Under the pieces are notes generated by a model. The model saw only the letters and a program-made list of their open reading frames with translations, was not told where the DNA came from and made no database searches. The translations under genes were made by a program, and so were the position numbers. A stretch of 54,941 nt of DNA, the filler included, from Jimgerdemannia flammicorona (taxonomy: Eukaryota), in the NCBI GenBank assembly GCA_003990765.1. It is 2 parts of 2 records of this genome, joined end to end, with 100 filler letters (N's around TTAATTAATTAA, not from the genome) between each part and the next. Parts side by side here need not be neighbours in the genome. Positions count along the whole stretch, not along the records: positions 27,524 to 54,941 come from RBNJ01000631.1; 1 more part is not named here. The stretch is one strand, 5' to 3'. This document shows, one piece after another, positions 37,701 to 50,151 of the stretch. Position 1 is the stretch's first letter. Each line of letters begins with the position of its first letter.

Positions 37701-39785
37701 CCAAGATGAGCACCGAAACGGGTATTGATGTCACCAATCAAAAGGGCCTTACCCAGGAAGGGTCCAGACACCAGATTACATAAGCCACCAATGGGAAGAG
37801 AGGGGGGAGCATAAACCCAAACCAAAGCCAAGCCCTGGAACATGAGCTGGATATGGAAGGGGTTGGCGGAGGACCCAAAAATGAGGGGAGCGAAACAGTT
37901 TGACACAAGGACCACGAGGCCACCATTCTGGTGACCCATGATCCTGTGCGATGCCAGGGGAGAGGACATGTGAATGAGCAGAGAGGGATGCAGCGGAATG
38001 TGCCATGTTTCACATATGAAAAGAATGTCAAGGGCAGGACCAATCAACTGACTGAGCACATCAAACTTGTCCTAGGGTAGTCCGTGTGCATTGAGGAACC
38101 CGACTCTCATTGTGGGCTGGGCACATTAGCACCAACAGCATGGGAAGCACCTGAGGTAGAAGCTTCAGCTTCCAAATCTATTGCCATATCTCCTGTCATG
38201 GCCACAGTACTACCTGCCTTCAAAGTAGGGCCGGCTAACGGGGAGGCAGGTGAGGGGAGAGCAAGGCCAAGTTCTGCAGCCCAAGCTCAGTAGAAGGTCT
38301 GCACCTCAGGCCTCTTTGCAGTGACTTCGCCCACCAACTGCCAGACCTGAGGCCTCCGTGGCATTCTTGTTGCATGGGAGCGCAGGGTTCCAGGCCATCA
38401 GCACTGAGAACCTAAGCACCTTTATCTTCTTTTGGAATGCTGTGATATAATCAGGGTGGAGCAGGAATTCGATGGTCAATGCCGAGACATACGACATGTT
38501 GAGAATCTTTGACAACATCACATGGACATCATATAAGTTCTTCCGGATCTGCCTGATCTTGAGATGGGCAAACCTGCCAATATAAACGTGCTGAAGCTGA
38601 GCACCCTTCGCAGTCAGCGACAAATGAGAGGTCGGCTTGTGGGTCATGCGTGAAAGGGCGGTGGCGGCAGCTGCCCTTTCCATCTCGCAGTAGGCCTGGG
38701 TCCTATCCTTGATAGAAACCTTCTTAGTGGTGGTGGCGTAAGATTTGGGGGAGGTGGGGGTCGAAGCAGGGGACAAAGACAGAACAGTGGTGCTGGGTCC
38801 CACAGGTGTAATCTGGGGCACTGGCCTGAGAGCCTTGGCCTTGCTCTTTTTAGGGAGCATGGCTTTAGCAGCTGGAGGCACAGCCGTGGGAGTTGCATCC
38901 TTTGGCAGTGTACCAGACTGCAATGTGGCGGCTTTAGCGGCCCGCTTATCCACTCTCTTTTGGGCCTTTGACCACATGTTTGTGGCAGGATCAGTAGGAG
39001 GGGGGGCCAAGGACTTTGGGGGGGCGGATATGGAAGGGGCAGTGGGGGTACTTCCCGAAGGAGCACCAGATGACGGGGGGATGGTGGGCACATGACACGC
39101 AGCAAGCTGCGCTATCAGCTGCATGTTGATCTTGGCCAGTTTGGCCACTTGAGTCACAGATCCGAGATCTGCTTCCTCATCATGGCCATCTCCATGACCA
39201 GATCGGGGTTGGCTGAGGGGCCCACATGACCGGCCATCGGGGTCATTCCCAAACTAGTGTTCGGGCGACCACGCTTGTTCCGATTAGGGGGTGGGGGTGT
39301 CCGAGAGTAGGGGGGGTGCTAGGCATCGTGGTCCAAATCAGAAGAGATCGCAATCTCTTCATCATCTTCTGCATCGCGCAGAGAAGATAAATATGACGAA
39401 ATTGGTCATACATCCCCGCACGACCTGCACATCGCCGTAAGGCTACCCTCACTAAAGCTAAGAGAGAGAAGACCGATGCCGCAACATTCAGTGTAGTAGA
39501 GAGAGGTGCTAAAGCGCACAAAGAGATGTATGGTATTGCCATCATCACCGATGATGGAGGAGGTGGCCAATATTGCTGAAATAGGCAGAGGTGTGTTTGT
39601 TTGTATTTGTGAAATTGTGAAATGTGGATCATGTGACCTTTGTTTGTGCAATGAAAAAATAATGTGGAAGGGGATATTTATACCCGATGGGTGGCTTAGC
39701 TAATCAAAGTGACCACTTTCTTAATTTGGAATAGCTTCGGGCTGTAAAGCCGAGTCTAGCCAAATGGGGAAATCACGTGAGCAGC
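34701..39785 (-). mobile_element. Telomere-associated non-LTR retrotransposon, unit 3 (full length, about 5.1 kb, disrupted)
   Basis: Preceded by GGGTTAGGGTTAGGGTTAGG (34681-34700). ORF1 about 39572-38107. ORF2 38110-35076 with APE (ICETW, VYAPP, IGDIN, RIDH, TDH), RT (FLDLRQTYDRVP, LFQGSLLSP, FFADD) and C-terminal CCHC. Confidence 0.95.
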
Positions 39786-39802
39786 TAAGGGTTAGGGCTA
39801 GA

Positions 39803-42800
39803 CTTCAAGTAAGAATTTATTCATTGTAGAGAAGATAAGGTACATCAGAGCAACAAAAGACAAAGACTCCTATAATGAGAAAAGCAGAATAAGGCCAGCG
39901 AAGTAAACGACTAGCTATGAAGTACAAAACAAAGACCAGAGAGGTGAACACCCTATGGACGGGCTGGAAAAAATCATTTTGTCATAGCCATAAAGATAAT
40001 AAATGCAGAAAGCAAAGAAAAGAAAGATTAAGATAAAATACACATTTGCCCAGTACCTACTACATGAACTGATCGACAACCAAATGCCCACCGACTAACA
40101 TAAGATGAATAACTCAATGCGTTCTCAACAACAGAGGGAACCAACTGAGGCAAATGAGGGGGAAGAAAGAAGTAAAGAAAATGTGTGATCGCTCGATCAC
40201 CCAAGCATCTTCGTAATCTCAGTCAGGCAGAACCCGACTGCTACCAGAATTACACATAGCATCTATTGTGTGGTAGGCAGTCTCAGAAAGAGTGTGAAGA
40301 GAGTAGGTACGAAGTTCCTCCTGCCATTCGTTATTGGAAAACCAATTGAGCTGTTCACTACGATCAGAAGAATCTCAGAAAGCAAAATACGAACCTTTGA
40401 GAAGACTGCACCTGAGGAGATGGCCATAATGAAACTTATCTCTACAGGGGCAGGAGCAGGGTTGGCCAAAATAGCCATAATGCTAGGCAAGGGCAGAACA
40501 CACAAGCCGGGGGAGAAGGAGAGGACGTGGTCAGCGCCCTGCGACCACAAGCAGCCTTTGGGGGTGATATACTGAATGAGAGCCTGGGAGGAGGAGGCCC
40601 ATTCCTGCAGCAGCTGGTCCTGAAGGAAGGACTGGAGGAAGGAGCAGAGTGAGCAAGTCTTGCGGACCTGGGGACGAAGGTCCCAGTACCAGTAGAGGAA
40701 GTCAAGCCAGGAGGTCCAATGCCAGAACTTGTCAATGATAGAACCCGGGGGACGCGTGACAAAGCGCTCACTAAGGGAGCTGTTAGGGTTGTTGCCCGAC
40801 TTGCTACACCAATCCAGATGGGCTTGGAACATGCAGCAGAGGTGAGACATTTGATGAAGGAAGGAAGGGAGGCTGAGAATTGAGATGCCAAGCAAGGGAT
40901 AGCTGGAAAATCCAACCACCCAAGCAATAGCGTCATCAAAGACCTGCTCGGGATACTTCAACACCTAAAGCCCCATAGTAGTAGCCAGACAAGAAGCTCA
41001 TAGAAGGGGGAGGCCATACTCTAGCTAAGGCCTGATGAATATTTGTAGGATGGCCAGCTTGACCATTGGCGACCAGAGAGGACCACGGGTATGGCAGAAA
41101 CCAAGAGTTCATTCCACCTTTGCTGAATTCTGCAACGTAAGGCTGATAAAGTCAAACCCTTTGTTGGTATATGGCACCCCCAGGTATATGTAGGAGGTGG
41201 GTCATGGGCAGAGGTCTCCCCCAATCAGCATGGTACAGTCAGCCAGGCCGACATAACTACACTTCTTAGGGTTGAGCTCCATACTGTTTGCCCAAAGCCA
41301 GTCTACGCAAAAGTCAACCATCCTTTGCCCTTCCACGGCAGTGTGGGGGGTAAGGGCGATATCATCGGCAAAGAAAAGCCCAAGGGGAAAGTCGTACTCC
41401 TTAAACTGTTCATCAAAGGAGGCAGCGAGGGGGTTGATGAAGACATCAAAGAGCCAGGAGGAGAGGAGGGAGCCCTGGAAGAGGCCGTGCTCAGTGGGGA
41501 CCGAAGGGGTGATGAGGCCATTAACAACCACCTGATAGGAACAGTGATTGAACAGGCTTTGGATAATGTTAAGGAGGGCTGCATCAGCACCTTACTCCTC
41601 AAGTTGGAGAAGAATGAGCTTGAGGGAGACTCGATCATACATCTGCCAGAGGTCCAAAAAGACATGGCAGCCCCATCCCTTGGCCCATATCTCGTGCAAA
41701 AGCAAGACATGGGAAAGGGACGAGAAGCGGGTTCAGAAGCCACCTTGGCAGCGCAACATCTCTGTCAGGCCACTTCAGCTTTTGACATAACCTTCCAAAC
41801 ACCGCTCGAAGAGTCTATGAAACATTTCAGTTGGAGCAATAGGGTGAAACCCATCAATCATATGTGATTCCTCCTTCTTGGGGTCTATGGTGATGATGGC
41901 AAAGTTCTAGCAGTTGGGAGTGAGCCCCCAAACCATGCATATCTGGAAGAAGAATGAGAGAGCTTTCAAGAGGCTACAGGGGGCATCCTTCTCACCTGCC
42001 ATCATCTGAAGGATCTGGACATGCAAGGAGTCAGCACCACATGCCTTTGAGAGGGGGTAGCTGCAGATAGCCCTCCAAACCACAGGTTGGTCGAACCAAG
42101 ACTGCAGTCCAAGAGCACCCATACTAAGGGGGAAGATATCCTCAGAGTCATCAAGGCGGAGGGAGGCGTCTGGCTGGCTGAAGATAGTGGCAAAGTGATC
42201 AACCACATCATCAAACACTGGGACATTGGGAGAGCAAGATTGGAGGGGAGCGAGGGGGGTAGAGTGGTATGCTTGCTTAAAACCACGGATAGCATCAGAG
42301 ACCAAAGATGCACTGCAAAGAAGGTCCTGCCGGGGGAGCGGCACCACCCTGATCTCTCTTGTGTCATATGAGCCAAGAATGTCCTCACAAACTGCCTGTA
42401 GACCAGAGGTCAAAAGGGCATCGAGGGAATCCACAAACTGCTGGCGATCTTCCACAGAGCGAAAGCCAGAGATATGATCCCTGATAGCGTAAATGGACCT
42501 AACAATAGTATCGCAAATGATATCTGCTGATTCCTGAAGGTGAGCTTAAATGACTGGGTCGGTCAGGTACCTCGCAGAGAAATGACGGATGCCAGCCAAG
42601 GCAGTAATTGGCAAGGGGGAGAAGGGGAAGGAGACGGTGAGGAGGGAGGGGTGATTGGTAGTGACAGGAGGAGTGGAGTATGTGAGAGACATGTGGAGGG
42701 ACGCGGTGGCAAACACGTGGTCAATGCGTGTGGAGCCAGCCACCAGGGTCAAGTGATTCAATGATCATGTCATCAGAGAGGTGTCAATGATATCCATCCG

Positions 42801-45124
42801 GTCACGGGGACCAGAGTTGACATCACCAAGATGTGCACTGAAGCAGGTATTGATGTCACCTATCAAAAGGGCTTTACCCGGAAAGGGACCAGATACCAGA
42901 TCGTGGAAACCACCAATGGGAAGAGAGGGGGGGGTGTAAACCCCGACCAAAGCCAGGCCCTGAAATATGAGCTGGATATAGAAGGGGTTGGTGGAGGACC
43001 CGGAAATGAGGTGAGTGAAACAGTTTGGCACAAGGACCACGAGACCAATGTTCTGGTGACCTATGATCCTGTGCGATGCCGGAGGGGAGGACATGGAATG
43101 AGCAGAGACACCCATATCGGAATGTGCCACGTTTTATATACGAAAAGAATGTCAAGGGCAGGACCAATCAACTGACTGAGTACATCAAACTTATCCTGGG
43201 GTAGTCCATGTATATTGAGGAACCCGACTCTCATTGTGGGCTGGGCACGTTGGTGCCAACAGCATGGGAAGCACCTGAGATAGAAGCTTCGGCTTCCAAA
43301 TCCATCGCCATATCACCCATCATGGCCACAGTACCACCTGCTTTCGAAGCAGGGCCGGCCAACAGGGAGGCGGGGGAGGAGAGAGTGAGGCCAAGTTCCA
43401 TGGCCCAAGCTTGGTAGAAGGTCTGCACCTCGGGCCTCTTCGCAGTTGCATCGCCTGCCAACTACCGGACCCAAGCATGGAATGATTGGAGTACCTATCT
43501 TCATGACCTCTGTGGCGTTCTTGTTGTGTGAGAGCGCAGGGTCCCAGACTGACAGTACCGAGAACCCGAGCGCCTTCATCTTCTTTTGGAACGCCCTGAC
43601 ATAATCAGAGTGGAGCAGGAATTCGATGGTCGACGCCGAGATATACGACATGTTGAGAACTTTTGACAATATCACATGGATGTTGTATAAGTTCTTCCAG
43701 ATCTGCCTGATCTTAAGATGGGTAAACCCATCGACGTAAACGCGCTGAAGCCTAGCTCCCTTCTCAGTTGGCGATAAATGAGAGGTCGGCTTGCGGGTCA
43801 TGCATGAAAGGGCGGTTGCGGCAGTTGCCCTTTCTGTCTCGGGGAAGGCCTGGGTCCTATCTTTGATAGAAACCTTCTTGGCGGCGGTGGTATACGATTT
43901 GGGGGGGGCAGGGGTCGAAGCAGAGGATGAAGACGGGCCGGCGGTGCTGGGTCCCACAGGTGTAACCTGGGGCACTGGCCTGTGAGCCTTGGCTTTGTCC
44001 TTTTTAGGGGGCGCGGCTTTAGTGGCCCGCTTGCCTGCTCGCTTCTGGGCCTTCGACTGCATGTTCGTGGCAGGACCAGTAGGAGAGGGGGCCGAGGATT
44101 TGGTGGGGGTGGATGTGGAAGGGGCAGTGGGGGTACTTCCTGAAAGAGCACCAGATGATAAGGGAGCAGGGGGCGCATGACGCGCAGCAAGCTGCACCAT
44201 CAGCTGGGCATTGATCTTGGCCAGTTCGGCCACTTGAGTCAGTAGATCTGAGATCTGCTTCCTCATCGCGGCCATCTCCATGATCAGATCGGGGTCAGCT
44301 GAGGAGCCCACATGACTAGCCGTTAGGATCATTTCCAAACTAGTATTTGGGCGACCACGCTTATTCCGATTCAGGGGCGGGGGCGTGGGAGAGAAGGGGG
44401 GGCGCTGGGCGTCATGGTCTGAATCAGAAGAGATCGCGATCTCTTCATCATCTTTCGCATCGTGCAGGGAAGATAAATATGACGAAATCAGTCGTACATC
44501 CCCACATGACCTGTACATCGCCATAAGGCTACCCTCGTCAAAGCCAAGGGAGAGAAGACCAACGCTACGACATTCAGCACAGCGGAGAGAGGCGCCGAAG
44601 TGCATAAAGAGACGGGTGGCAGTGCTGTCATCACCGATGATGGAGGAGGTGACCGACATTGCTGAAATAGGCGGAGGTGTGTTTGTTTGTTTATGTGAAA
44701 TTGTGAAATGTGGGTCACATGACCTTTGTTTGTGCAACGAAAAAAATAATGTGGAAGGGGGGTATCCCTTAGATGGTAATGCAGCCAAATATGGCTGCAA
44801 ATTTTTGAAAATTCATAGGTCTGAAAATAATAATAACTTTTCAAAAATATTTAAATTATTGATTTTTTATACTTTGGGTAAAATTTTATATAAAAATAAA
44901 ATTTTGAATTTAGATGAATTGAGTTATATTTCTAACAGAAAATGCAAACTTGAAAAAATCAGATTTTTTCAATTAAAAAATTACTGCTTAAAAGATGTTC
45001 CCATATACCATCTAAGGGATACTCAATGAGAGGCTTAGCTAATCAAAGTGACTGCTTTCTTAATTTGGAATAGCTTCAGGCCATAAAGCCGAGTCTAGCC
45101 AAAGGGGGAAATCAAGTCAGTGGC
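39803..45124 (-). mobile_element. Telomere-associated non-LTR retrotransposon, unit 4 (full length, MITE in 5' UTR)
   Basis: Preceded by TAAGGGTTAGGGCTAGA. ORF1 44659-43231 and ORF2 43234-40197, both interrupted. Its 5' end matches that of unit 3. Confidence 0.95.
44766..45018. mobile_element. 253-bp AT-rich MITE with 13-bp perfect TIRs (CCC...GGG ends)
   Basis: CCCTTAGATGGTA (44766-44778) / TACCATCTAAGGG (45006-45018). Absent at the homologous site of units 3 and 5. Confidence 0.88.
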
Positions 45125-45134
45125 TTAGGTTAGG

Positions 45135-48100
45135 CTTCAAGTAAGGATTTATTCATTGTAGAGAAGATAAGATACATCGGAGTAACAAAAGGCAAAGACT
45201 TCTAAGATGAGAAAAGCAAAACAAGGCCAGCGAAGTAAACAACTAGCTAAGAAGTACAAACAAATGCCAGAGAGGTGACCACCCTATAGATGGGCTGGAT
45301 AAAACTATTTTGTCATAGCCGTAAAGATGAAAATGTAATAAGCAAAGAAAGAAAGGTTAAGATAAAATACACATTTGTCTGGCACCAGCTATAAGGATCA
45401 TATCAACAACTAAACTCCAAGCGACTAACATGAGATGAATAACTCAATGCACTCTCACCAACGGGGAACCAACCAGGACAAATGAGGGGGAAGAAAGAAA
45501 TAAACAAAATGTGCGATCACTCGATCATCCAAACATCTTTGTAATCTCAGTCAGGCAGAACCAGACCACAAGATGGCTACCAGAGTTACACATGGCATTA
45601 TAGCATAGTAGGCTGTCTCATGAAGAGCATGAAGGGGGTAGGTGCAAAGCTCCTTCTGCCATTTATCACTAGTAAACCAATCGAGCTGTTCATCACGATC
45701 AGAAGAACCTCGGAAAGCAGAATATGAGCCATTAAGAAGACTGTACCACCACGATGAAACTTATCTCCACAGGGGCAGGGGTGGGGTTGGCCAAAATAGC
45801 CATAGTGCCAAGCAAGGGCAGAACGCACAAGCTGGGGGGGGAAGGAGAGGACACGGTCAGCACCCCGCAACTGCAAGTGGCCTTTGGGCGTGGTATACTG
45901 AACAAGAACCTGGGATGAGGAAGCCCATTCCTGCAGCAGCTGGTCCCAAAGAAAGAACTGGAGGTAGGAGCAGAGCGAGCGAGTCTTATGGACCTGGGGA
46001 CGAAGGTCCCAGTACCAGTCGAGGAAGTCAAGCCAAGAGGTCCAATGCTGGAACTTGTCAATAATAGAACCCGGGAGAAGTGTGACAAAGTGCTCGCTAA
46101 GGGGGCCAATGGGGTTGTTACCCAACTTGCTACACCAATCCAGGTGGGCTTGGAACATGTAGCAGAGGTCAGATGTATGATAAAGGAAGGAAGAGAGGTC
46201 AAGAATTGTACTCCCAAGCAAGGGATGGCCTGAAAATCCAACCGACCAAGCGATACTATCATCAAAGACCTGCTCGGGACGCTTCAATATCTGAAGCCCC
46301 ATGGTAGTAGCCAGACAGGAAGCTTGTAGAAGGGAGAGGCCATACTCCAGCTGAGGCCTGATGAATGTTTGTACGATGGACAACTTGACCATTGGCGACC
46401 AGAGGGGACCACGGGTATAGCAGAACCCAAGGGTTCATTCTGCCTTTGCTGTATTCTGCAATGCAAGGTTGATAAAGTCAAACCCTTTGTTGGTGTATAG
46501 CATGCTCAGGTACACATAGGAGGCGGGTCATGGGCAGGGTTTACCTCCAATCAGCACAGTACAGTCAGCCGGGCCAACATAACTACACTTCTTGGGATTG
46601 AGCTCTATACCATTCATCTGGAGCCAATCCTCGTAAAAATCAACCATTCTTTGCCCTTCTGCGGCAGTGCAGGGGTAAGGGTGATATCATCAGCAAAGAA
46701 AAGCCTGAGGGGGAAGTTGTACTCCTTGAACTACTCATCAAAGGAGGCGGCGAAGAGATCGATAAAGACATCAAATAGCTAGGAGGAGAGGAGGGAGCCC
46801 TGAAAGAGGCCATGCTCAGTGGGGACTGAAGGGGTGATGAGGCTATTGACAACCACCTGGTAAGAACAGTGATTGAACAGGCTTCAGATAATGCTAAGGA
46901 GGGCCGCATCGGTATCTCACGCCTCAAGGTGGGAAAGAATGCACTTGAGAGGGACTCGATCATATACCTGCCGGAGGTCCAGGAAGACACAGCAGCTCCA
47001 TCCCTTAGCCCACATCTCGTGCAATAACAAGATAAGAGAAAGGGACGAGAAGCGATTTCGGAAGCCACCTTGGCAATGTGACATTTCTGTCAGACCGCTT
47101 CGGCTATAGATATATCCTTCCAAACACTGCTCAAAGAGTCTACGAAACATTTCAGTCAGAGCGATAGGGCGAAATCCATCGATTGTTCGCGATTCCTCCT
47201 TCTTGGGGACCGGGGTGATGATGGCTGAGTTCCAGTGGTTGGGAGTGAGCCCCCAGACCATGCATATCTAGAAGAAGAACAAGAGGGCCTTCGAAAGGCT
47301 ACAGGGGGTGTCCATCTCACCTGCCATCACCCAAAGGATCTGGACATATAAGGAGTTGATACCACATACCTTTGAGAGAGGGTAGCTGCAGACAGCTCTC
47401 CAAACCACAGGTTGGTCAAATCAAGACTACAGCCCAAGAGCGCCCACGCCAAGGGAGAAGACATCCTCAGAGTCATCGAGGCAGAGGGAGATATCCGGTT
47501 GGCCGAAGATAGTGATAAAGTGAGCAACCACGTTATCGAACACCGGGACATTGTGGGAGTGGGACTGAAGGAGTGCAGAGGGGGTGGAGTGGTATGCTTG
47601 CTTAAAACCATGGATGGCATTAGAGACTGAGGTTGCACTGTAAAGGAGGTCATGCCTGGAGAGCAGCACCACTCTGATTTCTCTTGTATCATATGAGTCA
47701 AGAATGTCCTCACAGACTGACTGTAGACCAGAGGTCAAAAGGGCTCAAGGGAGTTCACAAACTGCTGGCGATCTTCCATGGAGTAAAAGCTGGCGATGTG
47801 GTCCCTGACAGAGTAGATAGACCTGATAATGGTATCGCAAACGATATCCGCTGATTCCCAAAGGTGAGCTTAGATGACCGGATTGGTCTGGTATCTCGCA
47901 GAGTAATGACGGATACCAGCCAAGGTGACAACCAGTGAGAGAGAGAAGGGGAAGGAGATGGTGAGGAGAGAGAGGTGATTGGTAGTGACAGGAGAGGTGG
48001 ATCAGGTGAGGGACGTGTGGAGGGATACGGTGGCAAACGTGCGGTCAACACGTGTGGATCCAGCCACTGAGGTCAGGTGGTTCAACGACCATGTCATCAA

Positions 48101-50151
48101 GGAGGTGTCGACAACATCCATTCGATCACAAGGACCAGAGTTGACATCACCAAGGCAGGCACCGAAGCAGGTATTGATGTCACTGATCAAAAGAGCCTTA
48201 CCCGGGAAGGGTCCAGACACCAGATCATGGAAGCCACCAATGGGAAGAGAGGGGTGGGCATAAACCCCAACCAAAGCCAAGTCCTGGAACATGAGCCGGA
48301 TATGGAAGGGGTTGGCAGAGGACCTGGAAATGAGGGGAGTGAAACAGTTTGACACAAGGACTACGAGACCACTATTCTGGTGACCCACGATCCTGTGCGA
48401 CACCGGAGGAGAGGACATGTGAATGAGTAGAGAGGGATGCAGTAGAATATACCACGTTTCACATATGAAAAGAACATCGAGGGCAGGACCAATCAACTGA
48501 CTGAGCACATCGAACTTGTCCTGAGGTAGTTCATGTGTATTGAGGAACCCGACTCTCATTGTGGGCCAGGTGCATTAGTGCCAACAGTGTGGGAAGTACC
48601 TGAGGTAGAAGCTTCGGCTTCCAAATCCATTACCATATCACCAGTCATGGCTACAGTACCACCTGCCTTCGAAGCAGGGCCGGCTGACAGGGAGACAGGG
48701 GAGGGGAGAATGAGGCCGAATTCCGTGGCCCAAGCTTGGTAGAAGGTCTGCACCTCGGGCCTCTTCGCAGTGGCTTCGCCCTCCAGCTGCCAGACCCAAG
48801 CATGGAATGATTGGAGTACCCATGTCTTCACAGCCTCCATGGCATTCTTGTTGCATGGGAGCGCGGGGTCCCAGGCCGACAGCACCAAGAACCTGAGCAC
48901 CTTCATCTTCTTATGGAACGCCGTGACATAATCAGGGTGGAGCAGGAATTCGATGGTCAATGCTGAGATATATGACATATTGAGAACTTTAGACAACATC
49001 ACATGGACGTCATACAAGTTCTTCTGAATCTGCCTGATCTTAAGATAGGCAAATCCGTCGACATAAATGCACTGAAGCCTAGCGCCCTTCTCAGTCAGCG
49101 ACAAATGAGAGGTCAGCTTGCAGGTCATGTGCAAAAGGGCAGCGGCGGCAGCTGCTCTTTCCATCTCGGGGTTGGCCTGGGTTCTATCCTTGATAGAAAC
49201 CTTCTTGGCAGCAGCGGTGTACGATTTGGGGGGGGTGGGGGTCGAAGCGGAGGACGAAGATGGGCTGGTGGCGCTGAGACCTGCAGGCGTAACCTGGGGC
49301 ACTGGCGCACCAGACTGTGACACAGTGGCTTTAGCGGCCCGCTTGTCCGCTCACTTCTGGGCCTTTGACCATATGTTCGCGACAGGACCAGTAGGAGGGG
49401 GGGCCGAGGACTTGGGGTGGGCGGATGTAGAAGGGGCGGTGGAGGTACTTCCCAAAGGAGCACCAGATGACGAGAGGGCAGTTGGCGCATGATGCGCAGC
49501 AAGCTGCGCCATCAGCTGGGTGTTGATTTTGGCCAGTTCGGCCACTTGAGTCAGCAGATCCTAGACTGCTTCCTCATCGCAGCCATTTCCATGATGAAAT
49601 CAGGGTCGGCTGAGGGGCCCGCACGACCGGCTGTTGTGGTCATTCCCAAACTAGTGTTCGGGTGACCACGCTTGTTCCGATTGAGGGGTGGGGGCATGGG
49701 AGAATAGGGGGGGCATGGGAGAATAGGGGGGGTGCTGGGTGTCATGGTCCGAATCGGAAGAGATCGCGATCTCTTCGTCATCTTCCGCATCGTGCAGGGA
49801 AGATAAATACACCGATATCGGTCGTGCATCCCCGCATGACCTGCACATCGCCATAAGGCTACCCTCACCGAAGCTGAGGGAGAGAAGACCAGTGCCGCGA
49901 TATTCAGCGTAGCGAAGAGCGATGCTGAAGCGCGCGAAAAGGTGAGTGGCGTTGCCATCATTGCCGATGACGGAGGAGGTGGCCGACATTGCCGAAATAG
50001 GCGAAGGTGTGTTTGTTTGTGTTTGTGAAATTGTGAAATGTAGGTCACGTGACCTTTGTTTGTACAATGAAAAAATAATGAGGAAGGGGGGTATTTATAC
50101 CCAATGGGAGGCTTAGCTAATCAAAGTGACTGCTTTCTTAATTTGGAATAG
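45135..50151 (-). mobile_element. Telomere-associated non-LTR retrotransposon, unit 5 (near full length, lacks about 50 bp of the 5' end)
   Basis: Preceded by TTAGGTTAGG. ORF1 49989-48556; ORF2 48559-45525 starting MRVGFLNTH..LFICETW (APE N-terminus). Confidence 0.95.

Noticed and set aside
39690..39785. Possible HDV-like ribozyme or tRNA-like structure at the LINE 5' end
   Set aside because: Only short hairpins found by eye, not conserved in pairing across units 3-5; a covariance-model search would be needed.
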